A DNA stretch of 64,000 bases from Dehalococcoidia bacterium (GTDB taxonomy: Bacteria; Chloroflexota; Dehalococcoidia; UBA6926), in assembly GCA_963666115.2 (NCBI GenBank), contig CAXXET010000007.1, positions 96,001 to 160,000 on the forward strand. Reading direction: 5' to 3'. Shown here piece after piece: positions 1 to 9,681 of this stretch; the first letter of the stretch is position 1; every line of letters begins with the position of its first letter. The notes below the pieces were generated by a model. That model was given only the letters and a program-made list of their open reading frames with translations. It had not been told where the DNA came from and ran no database searches. Made by a program: the position numbers and the translations under genes.

Positions 1-2
1 GG

Positions 3-419
3 CTGCTGGAGCCGCCAACCGGCGTGATTGAGGCCGCGTTGGGCCGCGACCCGCGCCATCGCCAGCGAATGGCCGTCGTCGCAGCGGGCCGCCCCGCCGC
101 GACACGCTACCGTGTCCTCGCCCACGTCAAAGGCGGCTACACGCTCACTGAGGCGAGACCGCAGACGGGTCGTCTTCACCAGATTCGCGTGCATTTCGCC
201 TCGCTGCGCCATCCGGTGGCGGGGGACGTCATCTACGCGCGCGGCAGCCGTGATCCCGTGCCGCGCCTCTTCCTGCACGCGCTGTCGCTCAAATTCGCGC
301 ATCCGCAGAGCGAAGAGCCACTGGAGATTCGTTCCCCGCTGGCGGACGATCTTGCCGGATGTCTCACGGAGCTGACGGCGGGAACACCGGAGTCCGCCCT
401 CGTCGATTCCCTGCGCTAG
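3..419 (+). CDS. RluA/RluD-family RNA pseudouridine synthase, C-terminal part (5' end outside window)
   Basis: Motifs TGRLHQIRVHF, HPVAGDVIY and RLFLHA are typical of the RluA/C/D C-terminus. Confidence 0.9.
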   Translation: MLEPPTGVIEAALGRDPRHRQRMAVVAAGRPAATRYRVLAHVKGGYTLTEARPQTGRLHQIRVHFASLRHPVAGDVIYARGSRDPVPRLFLHALSLKFAHPQSEEPLEIRSPLADDLAGCLTELTAGTPESALVDSLR

Positions 420-428
420 AATAGAGAC

Positions 429-1988
429 ATGCCCACCGATACTGCGCCTACGCGCACGCGCTATGCCCCAAGCCCGACGGGCGATCCCCACGTCGGCAAC
501 GTTCGCAGCGCCCTGTTTGCCTGGCTGTTTGCCCGCAGCACCGGCGGCGTGTTCGCCGTCCGCATCGAGGACACCGACCAGGAGCGCCGCATCCCGGGTA
601 GCGAGGAGCGCATCCTCGACTCCCTGCGCTGGCTCGGCATCGAGTGGGACGAGGGGCCGGACATCGGCGGGCCGTACGGGCCGTATGTGCAGTCGCAGCG
701 GCTCGAGGGCTACGGCGCGGCGGGAAAGCGGCTCATCGAACGGGACGCCGCATACTACTGCTACTGCACGCCCGAGCGGTTGGACGCGCTCCGGGCGGCG
801 CAGCAGAAACGCAGCGTGCCCACAGGCTATGACCGCCGCTGCCGCAACCTGAGCGCGGAGGAGCGCGAGCGGGAAGAGGCGGAGAACAGCGCCCATCGCG
901 TCGTCCGCTTCAAGACGCCCCTCAGCGGGCGCACCACGTTCACGGACGTCATTCGCGGCGATGTGTCATGGGAGAACCGGCTCATAGATGATTTCGTCAT
1001 TCTCAAGTCGGACGGGTTCCCCACCTATCATCTCGCCAACGTGGTCGATGACGTGGCGATGGAAATCACCCACGTGATCCGCGGCGATGAGTGGATGTCC
1101 TCCGCCCCGCGCCACGCCATGATCTACGACGCGCTGGGCTACACGCCGCCCGTGTTCGCGCATCTGCCGCTGATTCTGGGCTCCGACCGCACCAAGCTCT
1201 CCAAGCGCCACGGCTCCGTCTCCCTGCTCGACTACCGCGATGAGGGATTCCTGCCGGAGGCCATGCTGAACTTTTTGGCGCTGCTCGGGTGGTCGCTCGA
1301 CGACAAGACCACGCAGATGACGCGCAAGGAGTTGATCGCGGGATTCTCACTTGATCGCGTCTCCGCATCACCGGCGATGTTCGACCGCGAGAAGCTGGAA
1401 TGGCTCAACGGCGTCTACATCCGCGAGATGCCGCCGGAGGCGTTCGTGGAATCAGCGCGCCCCTACCTGGACGACGGGCTGCCAACGGCAATCCCCCGCC
1501 CGCTTGATGACGAACTGGCGCGAGAGGCGGCCATCCTGACCCAGGACCGCGCGCGCCTCCTGAGCGAGATGCCGGAGCTGTGCGAATTCTTCTTCACGGA
1601 CGAGGTGTCGTTCCCGCCCGCGCTGATCTGGGCCGGCATGGGCGACAAGGCCATGAAGCGCATGGCGGACGGCGGCGAAGACCTGTCGCGCGTGCTGCTG
1701 CCGGAGGACGCGCCAACGGTGTCCGCATGGCTGAATGCCGCCGCCAATGCCATCGAGAAGATACAGTCGTGGAATCACGACGCCATCGAAAGCCGTTTCC
1801 GCGCCCTCGTTGAGGAGCTCGGCACGTCCGGCCGCAAGCTGTTCGGCGCGGTGCGGGTAGCGACGACGGGCCGGACAGCGGCGCCGCCCCTCTTCGTCAC
1901 GCTTGAAGCAATTGGGCGGGAGCGCGCGGCGGCACGAACGCGCGCGGCGGCAGCGGCGCTCCTTGACACAGATTTGGCGCGTTCGTAG
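429..1988 (+). CDS. gltX: Glutamate--tRNA ligase
   Basis: RYAPSPTG, HVGN (HIGH motif), RIEDTD, ITHVIRGDEW and KLSKRH (KMSKS motif). Confidence 0.97.
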   Translation: MPTDTAPTRTRYAPSPTGDPHVGNVRSALFAWLFARSTGGVFAVRIEDTDQERRIPGSEERILDSLRWLGIEWDEGPDIGGPYGPYVQSQRLEGYGAAGKRLIERDAAYYCYCTPERLDALRAAQQKRSVPTGYDRRCRNLSAEEREREEAENSAHRVVRFKTPLSGRTTFTDVIRGDVSWENRLIDDFVILKSDGFPTYHLANVVDDVAMEITHVIRGDEWMSSAPRHAMIYDALGYTPPVFAHLPLILGSDRTKLSKRHGSVSLLDYRDEGFLPEAMLNFLALLGWSLDDKTTQMTRKELIAGFSLDRVSASPAMFDREKLEWLNGVYIREMPPEAFVESARPYLDDGLPTAIPRPLDDELAREAAILTQDRARLLSEMPELCEFFFTDEVSFPPALIWAGMGDKAMKRMADGGEDLSRVLLPEDAPTVSAWLNAAANAIEKIQSWNHDAIESRFRALVEELGTSGRKLFGAVRVATTGRTAAPPLFVTLEAIGRERAAARTRAAAAALLDTDLARS

Positions 1989-2001
1989 CATGAGCTAGCG
2001 C

Positions 2002-2080
2002 GGCCCGGTGGTGTAGTCTGGCTCAACATACTGCCCTGTCACGGCAGAGATCACGGGTTCAAATCCCGTCCGGGTCGCCA
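2002..2080 (+). tRNA. tRNA-Asp(GTC)
   Basis: Acceptor GGCCCGG/CCGGGTC, anticodon arm CTGCC-CTGTCAC-GGCAG, GGTTCAAATCC T-arm and encoded CCA. Confidence 0.97.
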
Positions 2081-2120
2081 GAATTATTTTTGCGGAAGAG
2101 CAGCGAGAACGCGCACGAAC

Positions 2121-3119
2121 ATGGCCAACCCGTACCTGCTGGGCGTCGATGTCGGGGGAACGCAGACGCGCGTCGCCATCGCCCGCAGGCCCCGCGGCTC
2201 GATGCGCCGCACGGCATTCGCCTCCCCCGCCCGCTCCGATCCCAAACTCCTCATTGACGGCATCGTCGAGGCCGCCCACGAACTCATCGGCAAGGCCAAC
2301 GGCGAACTCGCCGCGGGCGTCGTCGCCTGCGCGGGCACGGTGGACACTGCGACAGGCGTCATCGTCGAATCGCCGAATCTGCCCATGGTGCGCGAGTTCG
2401 CGATGGCGGACGCGCTCACCGAGCGCCTGGACATCCCCATCGAGATCGAGAACGACGCCACCGCAGCCGCCCACGCCGTCCACCAAATGGGCGCGGGGCG
2501 CGGCACGAAGGAGATGATCTACCTCACCATCAGCACGGGCATCGGCGGCGGCATCGTCTCCGGCGGCAAGCTGCTGCGCGGCATCGCGGGAGCGGCGGGC
2601 GAGTTCGGCCACATGACCATCGGCATGAATGCCGGCATCCAATGCCCGTGCGGGCTGTCGTCCGGCTGCTTTGAGACTCTCGCCTCCGGCACGGCGATCG
2701 CTCGCATGGCACGGATGCGGATCGAGGCGGGCGGCGATTCGATTCTCGTTGAGAAGGCGCGGGAGGGCGGCAGCGAGAGCATTACGGCGCGTGACGTGTT
2801 CGACGCGGCGGAGCAGGATGATGCGCTTGCGCGCTCGGTGGTCGATGAGGCAGGGCACGCGCTCGGCGTCGGCCTCGCCAACATCGTCAACATCTTCAAC
2901 CCGGAGTTGATCGTGCTGGGCGGCGGGCTGGCGCGCGGCCAGGACGAATACGTAGAGCACGGCATCAGCGTCGCGCGGGAGCGCGCGTTCAAACTCCAGA
3001 ACCGCACCGTTCGATTTGAAGTGACCGAACTCGGAGACGACAACGGCTTGCGCGGCGCGCTGCTGCTGGCGCGGGAGTTGAACTCTCGCATGCGCCGGGC
3101 CGCGCGGCGCGGCGGCTGA
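2121..3119 (+). CDS. ROK-family sugar kinase (glucokinase-like)
   Basis: GVDVGGT, IENDA, STGIGGG, GEFGHM and the CPCG...GCFE zinc motif. Confidence 0.92.
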   Translation: MANPYLLGVDVGGTQTRVAIARRPRGSMRRTAFASPARSDPKLLIDGIVEAAHELIGKANGELAAGVVACAGTVDTATGVIVESPNLPMVREFAMADALTERLDIPIEIENDATAAAHAVHQMGAGRGTKEMIYLTISTGIGGGIVSGGKLLRGIAGAAGEFGHMTIGMNAGIQCPCGLSSGCFETLASGTAIARMARMRIEAGGDSILVEKAREGGSESITARDVFDAAEQDDALARSVVDEAGHALGVGLANIVNIFNPELIVLGGGLARGQDEYVEHGISVARERAFKLQNRTVRFEVTELGDDNGLRGALLLARELNSRMRRAARRGG

Positions 3120-3138
3120 GGAAAGGGGGCACTGCCCG

Positions 3139-3891
3139 ATGGAGGGAACGGCAAACAAGGGCGGCGCCCTCGACTACGTGAGCATCACGCCAACGGACTA
3201 TGACGAATCCCGCGCCTATCCCGTCATCATCCTGGTGCATGGGTTCGGCGCGAGCATGTACGACCTCGCGGGCCTTGCGCCCGCAATTCACCAGACGGGC
3301 TACGTGTACCTCTGCCCGAACGGCACCGTGCCGCTGGACATCGGCGGCGGGCAGGTCGGATACGGGTGGACGACGCCGGGCGGCTTCAATGACCCGGAGG
3401 AGGACAAGCGCTCACAGGAGGCGTTCGACGCCTTCATGGAGGAGATGCGCGAGCCGTACAAGCTTGCGCCGGGCAAGTCCCTGATCATCGGCTTCTCGCA
3501 GGGCGGCGGGATCGCCTATCGCTACGGCCTCCCCAGGCCGGACGTGTTCGCCGGCATCGGCGCGCTCAGCGCATCGATCAACGATATGGAGGAGCTTGCG
3601 GCACAGTTGCCCGACGAGAAGACGCAGCCCATCTTCATCGGCCACGGCAACCAGGACCAGGTCGTGCCCATTGACCGGGGCCGTTCGGCGAACACGCAGT
3701 TGCAGGCGTGGGGCTACGGTGACCTCGTCTACAACGAATACGATGGCGCGGCGCATGAAATAACGCCAACCGAGCTCCGAGACCTGGCCCAATGGGTAGC
3801 CCGCGTCCTCCCGCCTGCGGATGCACAGACGCCGGGCGTCTCTCCCGGCCGGCGGCATCATCCTGCCCTAGCCCGATGCGTATCGGCCTGA
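3139..3891 (+). CDS. Phospholipase/carboxylesterase alpha/beta hydrolase (true stop probably 3871 after a 1-nt indel)
   Basis: HGFG oxyanion loop, GFSQG nucleophile elbow, HGNQDQVVP and AHEI. Confidence 0.85.
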   Translation: MEGTANKGGALDYVSITPTDYDESRAYPVIILVHGFGASMYDLAGLAPAIHQTGYVYLCPNGTVPLDIGGGQVGYGWTTPGGFNDPEEDKRSQEAFDAFMEEMREPYKLAPGKSLIIGFSQGGGIAYRYGLPRPDVFAGIGALSASINDMEELAAQLPDEKTQPIFIGHGNQDQVVPIDRGRSANTQLQAWGYGDLVYNEYDGAAHEITPTELRDLAQWVARVLPPADAQTPGVSPGRRHHPALARCVSA

Positions 3892-4421
3892 TCTCGGACA
3901 CCCACGTCCCCGAGGCCGGCGAGCGTATGCCCGCCCAGGTCTTTGATCTGCTCGCAGGTGTGGACATGGTGATGCACGGCGGCGATATGCACCTCATCGA
4001 CGTGCTGGACTGGCTGGAGGCCATCGCGCCTGTCATCGGGGCGCGGGGGGAACGGCGACGGCGACGGATTCCGCCCGCCCTTCCCGGACGATGATCCCCG
4101 CGTCAAGCACGCCCACGTGGTTGAAGCGGAAGGCGTCAGCATCGGCCTGGTTCACGGATTTCCCCTGCCCGCAGGACACCCCGTGGATCACGACTGAGGC
4201 CCTGATGGAGCGCAACTTCAACCAGCCAGTGGACGTCATCGTTTGCGGCGACACTCACGTCGCGCATATCGAGCGCACGGAGTCCGGCGTCCTGATCGTT
4301 AACCCCGGCAGCCCCGCCCTCCCCCGCAACATCCGCGAACCGGGCCACGTGGGGCATCCTGACTATCGAAGACGGGCAGGCAGCGGCGGAGATTCTGAGC
4401 CTGACCAGCCTGGCGTACTAG
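3876..4421 (+). CDS. YfcE/MJ0936-family metallophosphoesterase, broken by several apparent indels
   Basis: MRIGLISDTH, HGGD, RGNGD (across a shift in a G-run near 4045), VHG, CGDTH and VNPGSP are spread over three frames. Confidence 0.8.
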
Positions 4422-4428
4422 GGGTGGC

Positions 4429-6259
4429 ATGACTGACCAACATTCGCGGTTGGATGTCCTGAAGTCGCGTTTCGGGTACGACGATTTCCTCCCGCTCCAG
4501 TCTGAGATCATCGACAATGTCCTGTCGTCACGAGACTCGCTGGTTCTCATGCCCACCGGCGGTGGCAAGTCTCTCTGCTACCAGTTGCCTGCCCTGCTTC
4601 TCGGGGGAACGACGCTCGTCGTGTCGCCCCTGATAGCCCTCATGAAGGACCAGGTGGACGCGCTGAACGAGTCCGGCATCCCGGCGGGTTTCATCAACAG
4701 CTCACTGTCCGCCGCCGAATCGCGGCGAGTGGAAACACAGGTCCGGGAGGGGCGCATCAAGCTGCTCTATATCGCGCCTGAACGACTTGCGCTCCAGGGA
4801 TTCCGCAACGTCCTGCGCCAGTTGGACATCAGCCTGATTGCCATTGATGAGGCGCACTGCATATCGGAGTGGGGCCATGAGTTCCGCCCGGATTACCGCA
4901 ACCTGCGTCAACTGCGTGAGGAGTTCCCGTCAACGCCGGTCATCGCGCTGACCGCCACGGCGACAGAACGCGTTCGCGCCGACATCATCACCCAACTCGG
5001 CCTGCATGAAGGCGGCGTGTTCGTCTCCGGTTTCAATCGGGGCAACCTCCACGTACACCGTCCGGCCAAAGAGCGCCGCGTGGGAAGAACTCCTCGCCCT
5101 CCTCGAAAGCCACAAGGAGCAGCCCGCCATCATTTACTGCTTCTCCAGGCAGGAGACCGAGGACCTGGCCGCCGACCTGACTGACCGGGGCTTCGAGGCT
5201 CGTCCGTACCACGCCGGCCTTGACACTGAGACGCGCCGCAACACGCAGGACGATTTCCTGCGTGATCGCGTTCCTATCGTCGCAGCGACGATCGCGTTTG
5301 GCATGGGCATCGACAAGCCTGACGTCCGTCTGGTCGTCCACTACAGCATGCCAAAGTCGCTGGAGGGCTATTACCAGGAGACGGGGCGGGCAGGCAGAGA
5401 CGGGCTGCCCGCAGAATGTGTCCTCTTCTACGCGTTTGCGGACAAGGCCAGGCAAGACTACTTCATCAACCAAATAGCGGACGAAACAGAACAGCGCGTC
5501 GCGCGCGAGCAGTTGGCGCGAATGGTGGAGTTTGCCCAACTGACGACCTGCCGCCGCCAGTACGTCTTGCGCTACCTCGGAGAGGAATGGCCGGAGGAGA
5601 ACTGCGGCGGCTGCGACGTTTGCCTGAATCCCAGGGACGAATTCGACGCGACGGAGATTTCGCAGAAAGTCCTGTCGGCGGTCATTCGCACCGGAGAGAG
5701 GTTCGGGGCAGCCCACATCATCCGGGTGCTGCGTGGAGGGCGGGATAAGCGAATCCTGGAGATGCAGCACGATAAGCTGAGCGTCTACGGCATCGCGCAG
5801 AATTACGGCAGGCCGCAGCTACGGGAGATCATCGGACAACTGGAATCAAAGGGGCTACTGGCGAACGTCGGCGACAAGTACCCGGTCTTGGGAGTAACGG
5901 TGACAGGGCGTGAGTTCCTGCAGCAGAGACTGTCGATTTCCCTGTTTCGCCCACTGGACGATGGGACGGACCGCGTCGCCTCCCGTCACGGCCAATCGTC
6001 GCTGGATATGCCATTTGACAACGGACTCTTTGAAGAACTGCGCGCGCTGCGGCGGCGTTTGGCAGACGAAAGAGACGTGCCGGCATTCGTGGTCTTTGGC
6101 GATGCCTCCCTCAAGCAAATGGCCGCCCGCCTCCCCCAGACCACCGATGACTTCACCCGCATCTCAGGCGTAGGCACAACCAAGCTAAACCAATACGGCG
6201 CCGACTTCCTGGAGCTAATCCAAACCTACGTCAAGACGCACCGCAGGACGACTCCCTAG
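4429..6259 (+). CDS. recQ: DNA helicase RecQ (frameshift near 5050)
   Basis: MPTGGGKSLCYQLP, DEAHCISEWGHEFRPDY, YYQETGRAGRDG, CRR...NCGGCDVC zinc motif, RQC and HRDC domains. ORFs 4429-5184 and 5006-6259 join. Confidence 0.95.
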
Positions 6260-6381
6260 ACCTATCCCACCTGTTGCCGGACGCCGCCACCATCCAGCAG
6301 ATCGAAAAAGCATTCGAAATCTGCGGCGCGGGCACACAGTGCCTACAGACTGAGTGGGGACGAGTCGAAACTGGGGCAACG

Positions 6382-6818
6382 CTACTCCGGATCTGCCGCC
6401 CCCAAAGGCTTCCACTGCGGCAGCATCTGGTCGCCCCGCTCCTCGAAGTACACCTCCACCGGCATATCGATCTCCACGTCCTCGATGGCGATGCCCTTCA
6501 CGTTGCCGTTCATCCGCACGTCCTCATCCAGCGTGATCACAGCGTAGATATACGGCACGTCCTCATTGAACGAGGGGTGGCCGGGCTGCCGCACCACGAT
6601 GAAGCTATAGATGCGCCCCTTGCCGCTCGTGTTGATCCACTCCAGGTTATCGGAGAGGCACTCGGGACAACGCTCGCGCGGGTAGAAGAAGCGGCTGCCG
6701 CACGTGCGGCAGCGCTGAATCATCAGCCGGCCCCTCCTTGGTCGCCTCCCAGAACGGCTCCGTGACCCTGGTCCGGGTAGAGGAACCGGCGTTCGGTTAT
6801 CGTCTGCCCCTCTGTCAT
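6382..6818 (-). CDS. Zn-ribbon + OB-fold protein (DUF35/ChsH2-like), N-terminus frameshifted
   Basis: QRCRTCG...YPRERCPEC and GKGRIYSFIVV. The upstream EPFWEA segment is in another frame; SD GGAG precedes ATG 6818. Confidence 0.82.
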
Positions 6819-6926
6819 CGCCCCACTCCTCCGCTCAGCCCCACTACGGGGAAACCTATACGCTTGCGTCGATACCAACCCGTACACGATAGCACTTTTT
6901 GCGGGGCGGAGTGGTACTGTCATGGT

Positions 6927-7295
6927 ATGGACGTTGACGAGTTCGAGAAGTTGGTTGGGCAGGCGCTGGATTCGCTGCCGCCGGAGATCGAGGCGGGCCT
7001 GGATAACGTCGCCATCGTCATCCAGGACTGGCCGACGCGCCACCAGATGGACGAGAACGGCATTCGCGACCGGTACGGCCTGCTCGGGCTATACGAGGGC
7101 ATCGCCCTCACGGATCGCGGCGAGGGCTACAACATGGTCGCGCCGGACAAGATCACCATCTTCCAGAAGCCGATCGAAGCCCTGCGGCTGAGCCCGCGCG
7201 AGACGGTGGAAGAAATCCGCAAGACCGTCCTCCACGAGCTGGCACACCACCTGGGCTTCTCGGAAGACCACATCCACGACCTCGGCTATGGCTAA
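6927..7295 (+). CDS. Minimal zincin-like metallopeptidase
   Basis: LLGLYEG, PDKITIFQ and TVLHELAHHLG (HExxH). Confidence 0.88.
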   Translation: MDVDEFEKLVGQALDSLPPEIEAGLDNVAIVIQDWPTRHQMDENGIRDRYGLLGLYEGIALTDRGEGYNMVAPDKITIFQKPIEALRLSPRETVEEIRKTVLHELAHHLGFSEDHIHDLGYG

Positions 7296-8239
7296 GGCGA
7301 CGCTGCCAAAACTGCGGCGGCGGGGTTTTGGAATGGTACCGCAAGCACGGGCGCGATCTGCCCTGGCGGACATCCGACGATCCGTATCACGCGATGGTGG
7401 CGGAGTTCATGCTGCAACAGACGGGCGTGGGCCGCGTCCTGCCCGCCTACGCATCGTTCCTGGAGAGATTCCCCACGCTCGACTCATTGGCCGCCGCGCC
7501 GCTTTCCGACGTGATCCGCGCGTGGAGCGGACTCGGCTACAACCGCCGCGCCGTCAACCTGCAGCGGGCGGCACGGGCCGTCGTGGAGGAGCACGGCGGC
7601 GTCATTCCGCGCGATCCCCATGCGCTTGAAAAACTGCCCGGCATTGGCCGCTACACCGCGGCGGCCATCGCGTGCTTCGCGTTCCACAAGCCCGTGCCCG
7701 TGATGGACACGAACATCCGCCGCGTGCTGGGCAGGCTGCTGACCGGCCACAACGATGTCGACGCCGCAGCGGGATGGGCGCTGGCAGAGGCGGCAGCGCC
7801 CCGCAACGGCGCGCAAGCATCGGCATGGCACCAGGCGCTCATGGACCTGGGCGCGACGGTCTGCACAACGCGACGGCCAAAGTGCAATGAGTGCCCAGTG
7901 AACGATCTATGCGCCGCGCGACCGCTCATCCACGACAAATCCGCCGCGTCAATCAAGTACGCGGAACTGTCCGAGACGATGCCCACGCTCAGAATCGCCG
8001 AACGCCCCCAGCCAACACAGCAGGGCTGGATCGGCACAACCCGCTACTACCGCGGCCGCATCGTTGAAACCCTCCGGAACCATGTGAACGGCGCGATGCC
8101 GTTGGATGAACTCGGTCCTCAGGTCAGAGATGAGTACAACCCCGCCCAACACCTGGAGTGGCTGCGGGGACTGCTGGCCGCGCTGGAAAGGGATGGATTG
8201 GTTATGGTCAAGGGAGACTTAGCAGCCTTGCCACAGTAA
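7288..8239 (+). CDS. mutY: A/G-specific adenine glycosylase (frameshift near 7325)
   Basis: WYRKHGRDLPWR, EFMLQQT, WSGLGY, LPGIGRYTA HhH motif, MDTNIRRV and the Cx6Cx2Cx5C [4Fe-4S] motif. Confidence 0.92.
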
Positions 8240-8249
8240 CCCCACCTCC

Positions 8250-8274
8250 GTCATTCCCGCGAAAGCGGGAATCT
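8250..8274 (+). repeat. REP-like palindrome, family A (GTCATTCCCGCGAAAGCGGGAATC)
   Basis: Identical copy at 57479-57503, inverted copy at 41102-41124, variants at 40035-40058 and 40170-40194. Confidence 0.85.
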
Positions 8275-8311
8275 GGATCTCATTGACCCAATCAAATGAC
8301 ATGCGGACAAG

Positions 8312-8968
8312 TTACTTTGTTTGAGGTGTGCGCAACCCCTCATATCCCCCGCCCGCAAGCCATCTTTGCACATCTGCCGCGAGCCGCAGCCAGGGGTCTC
8401 GTGCCGGCCTGAGTTCTTCGGTCGAGAGTTCGGTGTACGCCTTGCCAAGGGCCGGGATATACCAGAGACCCGCCAGCCAGAAACCCTCGATACGCTTGGT
8501 TGATGGCTCATTCCGTATGATGCCCGTCGGGGCCGTGACCTCCCACGTTTGCACGATGCCGGACGGTGAGGCTATCGCAAGGGCTTCGTTCCACGTCGCC
8601 TCCCGTTCCGCATCCGATTCCAGATGCTCCATCAGAGCCAACAGGTGCCTAATCCGGTTCTCATCCGTCGCGCCCTCCCCCGCCGCCCGCCGCGTCAGCA
8701 CGCTGTCCCAGTTGGAGCCGAGAGCAGGAATATCGATGCCGCCATCCGACGCAATCGCCAAACACCCGCCTATCCGCGCCCACTCCAACGCCTTGGATTC
8801 GGCAATCTCCCGGTGCGTGCCGCCTGTCTCCTCCGGCGGCTCATACTCTGGCAAATCACCCACACGCCGGAACTCGAACGCCCACCCGTCAAGGCAGTCG
8901 CGGAGCCTGTCAATCTTGGCGGGGTTCGTCGATGCCAGCAGGATGTGTGGGGGAGATTCGCGCGTCAT
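8312..8968 (-). CDS. Ham1/ITPase-fold NTP pyrophosphatase-like protein (divergent)
   Basis: LLASTNPAK, EETGGT...AESKA and IASDGG.IPAL match Ham1 motifs; the C-terminal SHR motif is absent. Confidence 0.75.
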   Translation of the reverse strand: MTRESPPHILLASTNPAKIDRLRDCLDGWAFEFRRVGDLPEYEPPEETGGTHREIAESKALEWARIGGCLAIASDGGIDIPALGSNWDSVLTRRAAGEGATDENRIRHLLALMEHLESDAEREATWNEALAIASPSGIVQTWEVTAPTGIIRNEPSTKRIEGFWLAGLWYIPALGKAYTELSTEELRPARDPWLRLAADVQRWLAGGGYEGLRTPQTK

Positions 8969-9669
8969 GGGAAGTAGTAGCTCGGCTCGTCCCGCTGCTC
9001 CGGCTCGTCAGGCTGCTGCCCTTCCCGCCGCAGGCTCAGCCACAGCCCAGCGACGATGGCCGCGCCCGCAAGCAGCGGCGTCCATTCGCGCGCGCCCAGC
9101 GGCAGCCCGCTGTACCGCAGGCCGAACAACATGAGACCCGCGCCGATGATGACCGTGCTCAGTGTCATGAGCCGTCGTTCCCAACTTAGGAAGATGATTC
9201 CAATTGCGACGGCAGGCACAAGCGAGCCAACGACTATCTGGAACCGGTTCCAGCCGCTCAGCGTCAGCCCCCCGCCGCCCGGCTCCACGTCCCCGGACAC
9301 GAGGAACCAGAACACCGCGCCGATGCCGAAACCGATGCCCGCGCCGACGATAAAGACGGACGCGCGGTAGAAGACCGATCCAAGCACGAGGAGTATCATC
9401 GCCGCGCCGCCGGCGGTGGTCAGCAGCGCCGTGCCCTCCAGCGCAAGCAGGTCGGGGCCTGCGATGACCACGACTGCGCCCCCGGAAACGCCCGCCGCCA
9501 GCGCGATGACCAGCCGGTAGGCGTAGTACCCAAGCAGGCAGAGGGCAAGGCCAAGTAGGGCGAACGGCCACGCAATCCACCACGCCAGGCTCTCCGGCAT
9601 GTACGTCAGGATCAGTTCATCGAGGAGAGACGCGCCCGTAACGACTTCGGGACCTGCGGCTTCAGGCAT
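8965..9669 (-). CDS. Multi-pass membrane protein (DUF4203/TMEM198-like)
   Basis: Six to seven Gly-rich hydrophobic helices; GLALCLLGY at the N-terminus. Confidence 0.65.
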   Translation of the reverse strand: MPEAAGPEVVTGASLLDELILTYMPESLAWWIAWPFALLGLALCLLGYYAYRLVIALAAGVSGGAVVVIAGPDLLALEGTALLTTAGGAAMILLVLGSVFYRASVFIVGAGIGFGIGAVFWFLVSGDVEPGGGGLTLSGWNRFQIVVGSLVPAVAIGIIFLSWERRLMTLSTVIIGAGLMLFGLRYSGLPLGAREWTPLLAGAAIVAGLWLSLRREGQQPDEPEQRDEPSYYFP

Positions 9670-9681
9670 GGGCTGCGGGGG

